A stretch of 64,000 bases of DNA from Alphaproteobacteria bacterium (GTDB taxonomy: Bacteria > Pseudomonadota > Alphaproteobacteria > Micavibrionales > UBA2020), in assembly GCA_965279315.1 (NCBI GenBank), contig OZ257145.1, forward strand, positions 73,759-137,758. Direction: 5' to 3'. The translations under genes and the position numbers were made by a program. Shown piece by piece: positions 18,400-27,030 of this stretch. Every line of letters begins with the position of its first letter. The stretch's first letter is position 1. A model generated the notes under the pieces. The model was not told the DNA's origin and did not search any database. It saw nothing but the letters and a program-made list of their open reading frames with translations.

Positions 18400-18445
18400 A
18401 CTCACCCTCTCCCCCCGCCCTCTCCCGCAAGGGCGGTAGAGGGGG
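18400..18445. repeat. REP-like palindromic element, right copy (inverted relative to 17720-17766)
   Basis: Its reverse complement, CCCCCTCTACCGCCCTTGCGGGAGAGGGCGGGGGGAGAGGGTGAG, aligns with the left copy. Confidence 0.8.
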
Positions 18446-19019
18446 CCAAGGCCCCGCGCCGATAAACGCACAACACCACAAATGCCGTGTTAATCACAAT
18501 CGACGACACCGGATAGACCAGCGTCGTCACCGTGAAATTCGTGAGTGCGACAAGTGACAGCCCCAGTTTCACATTCGCGATCATATAGGCGGCCAGGTTT
18601 TCTTCTGAAGGTTTCGTCCATGATTTGCGGATGGTCGGGTAAAATGCGACGCAGCTGATGATGGAGGCCAGCACGACCGACAATAACGGGTCGTCCGTCA
18701 GCACCCACGGCACGACCGCAACAAAGGCTGCAACAAGTGACAGCTTGTCGCCGCGCGTGATGTTTTTCTCGCCCCATTTCAGCGCCAGCGTGGCCTGAAA
18801 CAGGCATGCCGCCGCCGTGATGCCGAGCGCCCATGCCCCCGGCCCCGCATGGTCGGCCAATTGGCCGAGGAAGGCGATCAGCGTGACCAGCCCCCAGACC
18901 AGATGCGTGTAAAAATGCGGGCGCGTTTCGCCGCGGAAGATGGAGAGGATATAAACCGTTGTCCCCCACAACCCGATAAGGAACGCCGCCAGCCCGAAAA
19001 TTTCCTGATATGTCGCCAA
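18402..19019 (-). CDS. Integral membrane protein, function unknown
   Basis: About 6 hydrophobic helices. TTG start with GGCAGGG upstream. The last ~12 codons run into the REP element, so the true C-terminus is uncertain. Confidence 0.5.
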   Translation of the reverse strand: MATYQEIFGLAAFLIGLWGTTVYILSIFRGETRPHFYTHLVWGLVTLIAFLGQLADHAGPGAWALGITAAACLFQATLALKWGEKNITRGDKLSLVAAFVAVVPWVLTDDPLLSVVLASIISCVAFYPTIRKSWTKPSEENLAAYMIANVKLGLSLVALTNFTVTTLVYPVSSIVINTAFVVLCVYRRGALAPSTALAGEGGGRG

Positions 19020-19122
19020 AACCCTGCCCCTTTGCCCTGCCTGCCAGCATAGGGCGGCGGGGCGGGGCTGTCACGGGCGGCGCGTTAAAATACGCATGAC
19101 TTGTTCAAAGTTATGACAATAA

Positions 19123-19151
19123 TTGACACCGATTTCGCCTTGTCATAGTAA
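19123..19151 (+). promoter_or_regulatory. Putative promoter of the ank1-ank2 pair
   Basis: TTGACA, 17 nt, TAGTAA, about 55 nt upstream of the ATG at 19205. Confidence 0.35.
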
Positions 19152-19204
19152 CCCCTATTTTCTATAGTTCCCCCTGTTCCCAGATTCAACCGGACAGGAC
19201 AGCG

Positions 19205-20317
19205 ATGCCGCTGATGCACACCAACAAAGGTTTCCTGAAGGCCGCCGAGCGCGGCGATATGGATGTGCTGAAAAGCTATCTGGCCGGCAAGCACGCCCCC
19301 GAATTCCTGAAGATCACCGACCGCAACGGGAACACCGCGCTGCACCTTGCCGTGAAATCGGGCAAGATCGACGCCATCGACGCGCTGCTGGCGGCGGGGG
19401 CGGATATCGAGGAACGCGGGCGCGTCAATTACACGCCGCTCGGCACCGCCGTCTATGCCAGCCGCACGGATTCATTGCGCCACCTGCTGGCAAAGGGCGC
19501 AGACCCGAATGCCGACATGCAGGGCGGATCCACCGCGCTGGGCATTGCGGTTGCGCGCAACAGCCCCACCGCCGTCACCTTTTTGCTGGAGGCGAAAGCC
19601 GACCCGAATTTGGGCAACCCGCTGATGATGGCCGCGCAATACGACCGCACCGCGATCGTGAAGATGCTGATCGCGGCGGGCGCGAATATCGATGTGCATG
19701 ACGACCAGAAACGCAACCCACTGCATTACGCCGCCATCAACACCTCGCAGGAACTCGCGACGCTGCTGCTGGAAAAGGGCGCGGATATCAACCAGCGCGA
19801 CAAATCGAACGGCTTCAGCCCGCTGCAATGGGCGATCCATTACGGGCGGCACCAGATGGTGGAATTCTTCCTGGAAAAAGGCGCCGATGCCGAGGTCAAG
19901 AACAATAACGGCCAGACCGCGCTGCAGGCCGCGCGCGCCGGCCGCAACGAGGCGATCATCGGCATCATGGAATCGCGCCAGAAACCCCTGCGCCCCGGTT
20001 ACGACCTGCCCGACACGGCGGAGGGCGAAACCGAAACATGGCTGCGCATGGGCGCGGGAAAAATCGCGCAGGTCGGCATCTATCCCGCGCTGGAGCGTAA
20101 ATTGACCGAGATTTTCAATTTTGAATCGCGCGAGCGCATCACCATCTCCGAAAACCTGCGCACGGGCGTTGAAAACATGGCGGCACCACAGAGCTTTGAC
20201 GTTATCGAGGAAACGGTGCTGCAAAAAGCGGCCGCCGCCTATCGTAATGCGGGTGGGACGGTTGATGAGACACAGCTGACACGCCGCAGCCTGAACAAGA
20301 CCGCGAGGCTCCCGTAA
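19205..20317 (+). CDS. Ankyrin-repeat protein with conserved C-terminal TEIFNFESRER module (paralog A)
   Basis: About 7 ANK repeats (GNTALHLAVKSGKIDAIDALLAAGADI and others). The last ~95 aa are shared with the two following genes. Confidence 0.85.
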   Translation: MPLMHTNKGFLKAAERGDMDVLKSYLAGKHAPEFLKITDRNGNTALHLAVKSGKIDAIDALLAAGADIEERGRVNYTPLGTAVYASRTDSLRHLLAKGADPNADMQGGSTALGIAVARNSPTAVTFLLEAKADPNLGNPLMMAAQYDRTAIVKMLIAAGANIDVHDDQKRNPLHYAAINTSQELATLLLEKGADINQRDKSNGFSPLQWAIHYGRHQMVEFFLEKGADAEVKNNNGQTALQAARAGRNEAIIGIMESRQKPLRPGYDLPDTAEGETETWLRMGAGKIAQVGIYPALERKLTEIFNFESRERITISENLRTGVENMAAPQSFDVIEETVLQKAAAAYRNAGGTVDETQLTRRSLNKTARLP

Positions 20318-21273
20318 TGTTCGACAGCGCGAAAAAATTCATCCAGGCCGTGAAGGATAATGACGAGAAAACCGTCACGCGGTATGTCAAAGAATACTAT
20401 TACAACAGCCGCAAAGTGGACCTGAACGCGCGTGACGACGGCGGCATGACCGCCATTTATTACGCCGCAAAGCTCGGCCATAGCGAGATCCTCAACACCA
20501 TGCTGAAATTCGGCCTGAACGCCAATACGCCGGACAAGGAAGGCCATACGCCGCTGACGATCAGCCTGATCAACAAGCAGCGCGACGCCGCGAAGGTATT
20601 GATTGCGCGCGGCGCGGATGTGAACGCCCATGCCGCCGATTACATCACGCCGCTGCATTTCGCCGCGCATCAGGGCGATATCGAGCTGGTGAAACTGCTG
20701 GTGGGTTACGGCGCTGACCTGAACCCCGTAATCGTGAACAACGGCTATACCCCGCTGCATTGGGCGATCATCCAGGGCCATGCGAATGTGGTGGAATTCC
20801 TGATGGAGCGCGGCGCGCGCACCGATATGCCCGACAAAAAAGGCCAGACGCAGCTGGACATCGCGGCCACCAAGGGCGCGCACCTGCAAAAAATCCTCGA
20901 AACCGCCGCCGCCAAGGCCGCAGCCGCTACGATGGCGCAAGAGCCCGCCGCCCCCGTCTACAGCGGCAACGACAGATGGCTGCGTACCGGCGAACATCAG
21001 GTCACGCATATCGGCGAGATCCCCGACATCAACCGCCGCCTGACCGAGATTTTCAATTTCGAAAGCCGCGAGCGCACCGTCATCAACGAAAATACGCGCA
21101 GCGGCGTCGAAACCACTTCCGCCCCCGAAAATTTCGACAACATTGCCGAAGCGGCGCTGCGCAAGGCGCTTGCCGAATTCGTGAAGCTGGGCGGCGAAGC
21201 GGTGGAATCCGATGTCATCGGCAAGCGCAATTCCGGCGCGAATAACGGTCCGTCAAGGCCGTTCCGCGTTTAA
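20317..21273 (+). CDS. Ankyrin-repeat protein with conserved C-terminal TEIFNFESRER module (paralog B)
   Basis: ANK repeats (GMTAIYYAAKLGHSEILNTMLKFGLNAN and others). Its start overlaps the upstream stop (TAATG). Confidence 0.85.
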   Translation: MFDSAKKFIQAVKDNDEKTVTRYVKEYYYNSRKVDLNARDDGGMTAIYYAAKLGHSEILNTMLKFGLNANTPDKEGHTPLTISLINKQRDAAKVLIARGADVNAHAADYITPLHFAAHQGDIELVKLLVGYGADLNPVIVNNGYTPLHWAIIQGHANVVEFLMERGARTDMPDKKGQTQLDIAATKGAHLQKILETAAAKAAAATMAQEPAAPVYSGNDRWLRTGEHQVTHIGEIPDINRRLTEIFNFESRERTVINENTRSGVETTSAPENFDNIAEAALRKALAEFVKLGGEAVESDVIGKRNSGANNGPSRPFRV

Positions 21274-21342
21274 TTAAACCAGCAATTTAAATTTAAAAAA
21301 GCTGAAAACATTAGTGTTTTCAGCGCGGTAGCATAATACCTC

Positions 21343-21371
21343 TTGACGCTTTTCCGTGCGGTTGGGATAAT
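21343..21371 (+). promoter_or_regulatory. Putative promoter of ank paralog C
   Basis: TTGACG, 17 nt, GATAAT, about 40 nt upstream of the ATG at 21414. Confidence 0.4.
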
Positions 21372-21413
21372 TCCCCAACACCATCAACAACTGCGGGGAA
21401 CACGACTTACCAC

Positions 21414-22379
21414 ATGGCATTCATCAGCACGAAGAAGACCTTCTTTGCGGCCGCCACCAGCGGTGATCTTGATGAAATCAAATACGGTTTGCAGGAGGGC
21501 CAGCCCTACCCCGTCGACATGAAAAACCCCGAAGGCAAAACCGTGCTGATGCTGGCGGCGGAAGCGGGACAGCTGGAAGCCATCAAATACCTCCTTACCC
21601 GCAAGCCCGACCTGACGCAGACCGACCCCGAGGGCAATACCGCGCTGCTGCTCGCACTGACCAAGGATAAATCGGCGGCGGCGCTGCTGCTGATCGCGGC
21701 GGGATCGGATGTGAACGCGCATAACAGCAGCTATACCTATCCCATCCACTGGGCGGCGCATAACGGCGACCTTGATGCCGCGAGGGCTATGGTCGAAAAA
21801 GGCGCTGACCTGAATGTGCGCAATAAAAAGGACGAGCTGACACCCGCCTATTACGCCGTCGCCAGCGACCGCGGCGCAGTGCTGGAATTTCTCATCGCAT
21901 CGGGCGCGCGCACCGATATGCCGGGCAAGGACGACAAGACCCCCGCCGACCTCGCCAAGGAAAAATACCCGCGCCTGCAAAAAATCATCGAGACGACGGT
22001 GCGCGCAACGCCCGCCGTGGAAACGCCCGCTGTTGCTGCCGTTCCCGCCGCCGCCCCGCCCGCAAATGAAAACAAACCCGCCAGCGCATCCGAAACATGG
22101 GCGCTGATGAACGCCACCACCATCGCCAAAATCGCCGAAATGCCTGTGCTGAGCCGCAAGATCACGGAGATTTTCAATTTCGAATCCCGCGAACGCCTGA
22201 TTATTTCCGAGAACCTGAAGACGGGTGTGGAGACGCTGGGCGTGGCCGAGAGTTTCACGACGCTCGCCGATGCCATCCTTTCCCGCGCGACGGATGAGTT
22301 GAAAAAAGCAGGTGGCAAGCCGCCCGTGCTGGACGACAAGCCCGCGAGTGCGGGGCCGATTGCGCGGTTGAAAATCTAG
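21414..22379 (+). CDS. Ankyrin-repeat protein with conserved C-terminal TEIFNFESRER module (paralog C)
   Basis: ANK repeats (GKTVLMLAAEAGQLEAIKYLLTRKPDL and others) and the same C-terminal module. Confidence 0.85.
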   Translation: MAFISTKKTFFAAATSGDLDEIKYGLQEGQPYPVDMKNPEGKTVLMLAAEAGQLEAIKYLLTRKPDLTQTDPEGNTALLLALTKDKSAAALLLIAAGSDVNAHNSSYTYPIHWAAHNGDLDAARAMVEKGADLNVRNKKDELTPAYYAVASDRGAVLEFLIASGARTDMPGKDDKTPADLAKEKYPRLQKIIETTVRATPAVETPAVAAVPAAAPPANENKPASASETWALMNATTIAKIAEMPVLSRKITEIFNFESRERLIISENLKTGVETLGVAESFTTLADAILSRATDELKKAGGKPPVLDDKPASAGPIARLKI

Positions 22380-22380
22380 T

Positions 22381-22493
22381 GTCACCCCGGCGAAGGCCGG
22401 GGTCCACGGACTGACGCTGTGTCGCATAACAGGTGACGGACGGTTACAGGACACGCGATGCCGTCCGTGGATTCCGGCCTTCGCCGGAATGAC
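22381..22493. repeat. MITE-like element bounded by inverted GTCA(C/T)(C/T)CCGGCGAAGGCCGG(G/A)(G/A)T hairpin units
   Basis: GTCACCCCGGCGAAGGCCGGGGTCCACGGAC at the left end pairs with GTCCGTGGATTCCGGCCTTCGCCGGAATGAC at the right end. Confidence 0.75.
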
Positions 22494-22508
22494 ATTTTTT
22501 TGTTGAAT

Positions 22509-22601
22509 GTCATGCCAGCGAAGGCTGGGATCTCGCAGGTCGAAGACCTGCCTTTATAAAACCGCGCGGGCGCGGGAGATGCCAGCCTTCGCTGGCATGA
22601 C
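22509..22601. repeat. MITE-like element, same family as 54723-54815
   Basis: Ends GTCATGCCAGCGAAGGCTGGGATCTC and GAGATGCCAGCCTTCGCTGGCATGAC, with a central CTTTATAAAA. Confidence 0.75.
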
Positions 22602-22617
22602 GAGAGGAACGGGACAG

Positions 22618-22647
22618 CAAAAAGGGTCCGGCATAACGCGCGGACCC
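22618..22647 (-). terminator. Rho-independent terminator of rpsU
   Basis: Minus strand: GGGTCCG, 10-nt loop, CGGACCC, then TTTTTG. Confidence 0.6.
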
Positions 22648-22686
22648 CTTTCTCAATACCTTAGCGGTGATATTAACCGATAACGA

Positions 22687-22902
22687 TTATTCGCCGTCCC
22701 TTTCCTTGCGCTTGCGCTCAAGTTTGCGGTGGCGACGAACTGCTTCAGAACGCTCACGCGCCTTCTTGACAGAAGGCTTCTCATAGTGGCGGCGCAGTTT
22801 CATTTCGCGGAACAGTCCTTCACGCTGCATCTTTTTCTTCAATGCGCGCAGTGCCTGGTCTACGTTGTTATCGCGTACGATGACCTGTACGATGGTAATC
22901 AC
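22687..22902 (-). CDS. rpsU: 30S ribosomal protein S21
   Basis: [40 protein letters not shown] is canonical S21. The start is uncertain: GTG at 22902 (chosen) or ATG at 22959, which would add 19 atypical residues. Confidence 0.8.
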   Translation of the reverse strand: MITIVQVIVRDNNVDQALRALKKKMQREGLFREMKLRRHYEKPSVKKARERSEAVRRHRKLERKRKERDGE

Positions 22903-23157
22903 CCCTTTCCGAATCTCTTTATAAAAGCTCGCCTTGATTGGCGTCAGCGGTTGTAACATAGGCTTTGCTTGCCTGAAAAGCCTTATATTTCCCGCCGATT
23001 TGTGCGTTGCAGCACAAAAAGTTGCGCTATCGCGTTGATTTTTAACATTTATCTACGCCAATTTATGAAAAAAAATGTTGAAATAAAGTTGCCCGGGACG
23101 GTATACGATACTACCTTAACGCTGATACGGAATCGTCTACTAGGGGTGGATCAGGGC

Positions 23158-26100
23158 ATGCGCGACGCTGTTACGCTGAATGACAAATACACCGAAAAAT
23201 CGGGCCGGATTTACCTGAACGGCCTTCAGGCCCTGGTGCGCATCCCCATGATGCAGCATGAACTCGATAAACAGGCCGGCCTGAAAACCGCCACCTTCAT
23301 TTCCGGCTATCGCGGATCACCGCTGGGCGGCCTCGACCAAGCCATCATGCAGGCCAAAAAATTCACCGCTGAACACGAGATCAAATTCGTCCCCGGCGTG
23401 AACGAGGACCTGGGCGCAACCGCCGTCTGGGGCAGCCAGCAATTGAACCTCGGCCCCGCCGCCCGTTACGACGGCATCGTGGGCATGTGGTACGGCAAAG
23501 GCCCCGGCGTCGATCGTTCGATCGACGTATTGAAACACGCGAATGCGGCGGGCAGCTCGAAACACGGCGGCGTGCTGGCGCTGGCGGGCGACGACCATGC
23601 CTGCAAATCATCCACTTTCCCGCACCAGTCGGAACATGCATTCATCCATGCGATGATCCCGATGCTGCACCCCGCAGGGATCGAGGACGCGCTCGAGCTC
23701 GGCCTGCACGGCATCGCCATGAGCCGCTATTCGGGCACATGGTCGGGCCTGAAAATCATTTCCGATTTCGCCGACAGCTCGGCCTCCGTCAATACCGACC
23801 CCTTTGCAATGCAATTCATCAGGCCGACAGATTTCGCAATGCCGGAAGACGGGCTAAACATCCGCTGGTACGACGCACCCGTGGCGCAGGAAGAACGCCT
23901 TGTCACGCTGAAGCTGCCCGCCGCGCAGGCCTATGCGCGCGCGAATGGCCTCGACCGTTTGACATTGAACCCCGCCCGCAAACGCTTTGCGATTGTGGCG
24001 ACCGGCAAAGGCTGGATGGACACGATGCAGGCGCTCGAAGATTTGGGCATCACGAAACAGCGCGCCGAGGAAATGGGCCTCGCGGTTTATAAAGTCGCGC
24101 TCGTCTGGCCGCTGGAAACCTCCGGCATCATCAAGCTTGCCGAGGAAGTCGAAGAACTGTTCGTGGTCGAGGAAAAGCGCGGGCTGATCGAGGAGCAGAT
24201 TAAAAAAGCCCTCTTCAACATGCCCCTGCCCCGCCGCCCGCGCGTGACCGGCAAGATCGACGACCGCGGCGCGCCGCTGCTGCCCGAAACCTACGAGCTG
24301 TCCCCCGGCCAGATCGCCGATGCGCTGATCAAGCGCCTGACGCCCATCATGGACACCTCGTCCTTCGCCAGCCGCATGGAAATCATCCACAAGAATTTCG
24401 ACCTGAAGGGCAAGCCATCGCCCGTCGTGCGGATGCCGTGGTTCTGCTCCGGCTGCCCGCATAACACCTCGACCGTGGTGCCCGAAGGCTCCCGCGCGCT
24501 CGCCGGCATCGGCTGCCATTACATGACGATGTGGATGGACAGATCGACCATGATGTTTACCCAGATGGGCGGCGAAGGCGTGCCATGGATCGGGCAGGCA
24601 CCGTTCACGGATGAAAAGCATATCTTCACGAACCTTGGCGATGGCACATATTTCCATTCCGGCCTGCTGGCAATCCGCGCTGCGCAAGCCGCGAAGGTGA
24701 ACATCACTTATAAAATCCTGTATAACGACGCGGTCGCCATGACCGGCGGCCAGCCGGTCGACGGCCAGCTGACCGTGCCGATGGTGGCGGCCCAAGTGCG
24801 CGCCGAAGGCATCGAGACGATCCATATCGTATCGGACGAGCCGTGGAAATATAAAGGCGTGATGCTGCCGAGCGGCGTGCAAATCACCCACCGCGACAAC
24901 CTCGACGAAGTGCAGCGCGTGTTGCGCGAAATCCCGGGCGTGACGGTCATGATCTATGACCAGACCTGCGCCGCCGAAAAACGCCGCCGCCGCAAACGCG
25001 GCCTGATGATCGACCCTGCAAAACGAGTCGTCATTAACGAACGCGTCTGCGAAGGCTGCGGCGATTGCGGCAAGAAATCGAACTGTCTGTCTATCGCGCC
25101 CGTCGAAACCGAATTCGGCCGCAAGCGCCAGATCGATCAAAGCAGCTGCAACAAGGATTTCTCCTGCGTGAAGGGCTTCTGCCCCAGCTTCGTCACCGTG
25201 CTTGGCGGCGGATTGAAGAAACCCGAAGCCGCGAAGATCGGCAACGAGGTTGAGGAATTCTTTGCGGCCATGCCGATGCCCGTCATCGGCGACCTGTCGC
25301 AGCCCTGCGCGATCCTCGTCAACGGTGTGGGCGGCACGGGCATCGTGACCGTCGGCGCGATTTTGGCCATGGCGGCACACCTTGAAGACAAGGGCGCGAC
25401 CACCATGGACCAGACCGGCCTTGCCCAAAAGGGCGGCGCGGTCACCAGCCATATCCGCATCGCGAAAACGCCGGACGCCATCAACACCGTGCGCATCGGC
25501 ATCGCCGGCGCGAATGTCATCATCGGTGCGGATTTGCTCGTCACCGCCGATGGCGACTGCCTGTCGAAAATCCGTCAGGGCGAAACGAAAATTGTATTGA
25601 ACACCCACAAGGCGCAGACGGGCGAATTCACCCGCAAGCCTGACTGGACGATCCCGTCGAAATCCATCGTCTCTACCATCGCGGAACTGACCGGCAAGGA
25701 TAACCTTTTCGTGCTGGATACCACGCAGGTGGCGACGGCGCTGATGGGCGATTCGATTGCGACCAACATGTTCATGCTGGGCTACGCATGGCAAAAAGGC
25801 CTCATCCCGCTCGGCCATGACGCGATCATGAAGGCGATTGAACTCAACGGCGTCTCCATCGGCATGAACCAGCAGAGCTTCACATGGGGCCGCCGCGCAG
25901 CCTGGGATCTGGCCAAGGTCGAAGAACTGGCCGCGCCCAAGAAAACCGCCGACGGCTCCGACCGCCACCGCCAGATTTCGACCTCGACCGAAGAAACCAT
26001 CGACCGCCGCATGATGTCCCTCACCGGATACCAGAACGCGGCCTATGCGGAAAAATACAAGGACCTCGTCGATGCCGTACGCACCGCCGAGATCCGCGTG

Positions 26101-26646
26101 AAGGGCAACCCCGGCAAACTGACCGAGGCTGTCGCCCGTTATTACTACAAACTGATGGCGTACAAGGACGAATACGAAGTCGCCCGCCTGCACACCGACG
26201 GCCAGTTCCTGTCACAGCTGAAAAGCACCTTTGACGGCGATTACAAGCTGCGCTTCCATCTTGCCCCGCCCCTGCTCGCCAAACGCGACGCGGTGACGGG
26301 CGAACTCCAGAAAATGGAATTTGGCGCGTGGATTTTGCCGGTGTTCGCTGTTTTGGCCAAGCTCAAAGGCCTGCGCGGCACGCCGCTCGACATTTTCGGC
26401 TATACCCATGAACGCCGCACGGAACGCCAGCTGATCAAGGATTACCGCGCGACGGTCGAGGGCCTGCTGACCGGCCTGACCGACCGCAATTACAACGTCG
26501 CGGTTGATATTGCCAGCATCCCGGAACATATCCGCGGCTATGGCCACGTCAAGGACGCGCACCTGAAGAAGGCGAAAGAAGCGGAAGCCGCGCTCCTCCT
26601 CAGTTTCAACAGGCCGGTCCAGCCGGAGCAAAAGAAAGCCGCCTGA
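23158..26646 (+). CDS. Indolepyruvate/2-oxoacid:ferredoxin oxidoreductase, fused alpha-beta form
   Basis: About 1160 aa. TPP region GDGTYFHSG, ferredoxin-type Cys clusters CEGCGDCGKKSNC and CNKDFSC..GFCPS, and the N-terminal LNDKYT..GRIYLNGLQALVR typical of the family. The start is placed at MRDAV; the upstream 190 nt are AT-rich. Confidence 0.85.
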   Translation: MRDAVTLNDKYTEKSGRIYLNGLQALVRIPMMQHELDKQAGLKTATFISGYRGSPLGGLDQAIMQAKKFTAEHEIKFVPGVNEDLGATAVWGSQQLNLGPAARYDGIVGMWYGKGPGVDRSIDVLKHANAAGSSKHGGVLALAGDDHACKSSTFPHQSEHAFIHAMIPMLHPAGIEDALELGLHGIAMSRYSGTWSGLKIISDFADSSASVNTDPFAMQFIRPTDFAMPEDGLNIRWYDAPVAQEERLVTLKLPAAQAYARANGLDRLTLNPARKRFAIVATGKGWMDTMQALEDLGITKQRAEEMGLAVYKVALVWPLETSGIIKLAEEVEELFVVEEKRGLIEEQIKKALFNMPLPRRPRVTGKIDDRGAPLLPETYELSPGQIADALIKRLTPIMDTSSFASRMEIIHKNFDLKGKPSPVVRMPWFCSGCPHNTSTVVPEGSRALAGIGCHYMTMWMDRSTMMFTQMGGEGVPWIGQAPFTDEKHIFTNLGDGTYFHSGLLAIRAAQAAKVNITYKILYNDAVAMTGGQPVDGQLTVPMVAAQVRAEGIETIHIVSDEPWKYKGVMLPSGVQITHRDNLDEVQRVLREIPGVTVMIYDQTCAAEKRRRRKRGLMIDPAKRVVINERVCEGCGDCGKKSNCLSIAPVETEFGRKRQIDQSSCNKDFSCVKGFCPSFVTVLGGGLKKPEAAKIGNEVEEFFAAMPMPVIGDLSQPCAILVNGVGGTGIVTVGAILAMAAHLEDKGATTMDQTGLAQKGGAVTSHIRIAKTPDAINTVRIGIAGANVIIGADLLVTADGDCLSKIRQGETKIVLNTHKAQTGEFTRKPDWTIPSKSIVSTIAELTGKDNLFVLDTTQVATALMGDSIATNMFMLGYAWQKGLIPLGHDAIMKAIELNGVSIGMNQQSFTWGRRAAWDLAKVEELAAPKKTADGSDRHRQISTSTEETIDRRMMSLTGYQNAAYAEKYKDLVDAVRTAEIRVKGNPGKLTEAVARYYYKLMAYKDEYEVARLHTDGQFLSQLKSTFDGDYKLRFHLAPPLLAKRDAVTGELQKMEFGAWILPVFAVLAKLKGLRGTPLDIFGYTHERRTERQLIKDYRATVEGLLTGLTDRNYNVAVDIASIPEHIRGYGHVKDAHLKKAKEAEAALLLSFNRPVQPEQKKAA

Positions 26647-26652
26647 TATATT

Positions 26653-26868
26653 TTATGTTTTTGACAGCAGACGGAGGCGGACCTGCCAGCCTTCAGAATG
26701 CTCTTGCGGCATGACGTAATTGTCAGCCGATACCGGTTGCCAGATGGGCGCCGGTCCGCCATCCTCGCTGCCAAAACCGTTCGACGCGAAGAAGAACAGC
26801 GGCAGCGCAAAGGCGAGAATGATAAAATACATTTTGTATTTGTTTAAAACGTTGATTGAGCTTTTCAT
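26653..26868 (-). CDS. Small hypothetical membrane or secreted protein
   Basis: 71 aa. N-terminal hydrophobic stretch MYFIILAFALPLFFFAS. AAGGGG lies upstream of the ATG at 26868. Lower GC than its surroundings. Confidence 0.3.
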   Translation of the reverse strand: MKSSINVLNKYKMYFIILAFALPLFFFASNGFGSEDGGPAPIWQPVSADNYVMPQEHSEGWQVRLRLLSKT

Positions 26869-27030
26869 GGACACGACCCCTTTTCTTTTTACTCATGGAA
26901 GCGTCCCCCGATGTTTCCTATCTTCAGTATATCACCGGAATTTTTAACATCGGTTTAAGTATTGATAGAATTGTTTACAAATCATGACGACGCGGCATGG
27001 CGCGTTCATGATTGTGAAATGTGAAAATTC

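Noticed and set aside
21295-21324. Hairpin GCTGAAAAC-atta-GTTTTCAGC after the second ank gene, considered as a possible terminator.
   Set aside because: The A-run precedes the stem on the plus strand and no T-tract follows it. It would therefore terminate only minus-strand transcription, and no gene needs that here. It may still be a weak or stabilising structure, but it is not called.
22969-23157. Upstream extension of the oxidoreductase ORF ([25 protein letters not shown]..).
   Set aside because: The region is AT-rich and promoter-like, the ORF starts at a non-ATG codon, and family homology begins right after MRDAV (ATG 23158). ATG 23065 remains a weaker alternative.
23854-26193. 779-aa minus-strand ORF inside the indolepyruvate oxidoreductase gene. 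There are many similar antisense ORFs across the window, for example 244-1476, 1500-2708, 7495-8475, 9398-10543, 27040-28659, 50370-51863 and 57632-59560.
   Set aside because: These are high-GC antisense artefacts. In each case the opposite strand encodes a protein with unmistakable family motifs.
26980-27030. Imperfect palindrome TCATGACGACGCG..CGCGTTCATGA downstream of yejF, considered as a possible terminator.
   Set aside because: The stem is interrupted and no clear T-tract follows on the minus strand, so the evidence is too weak.
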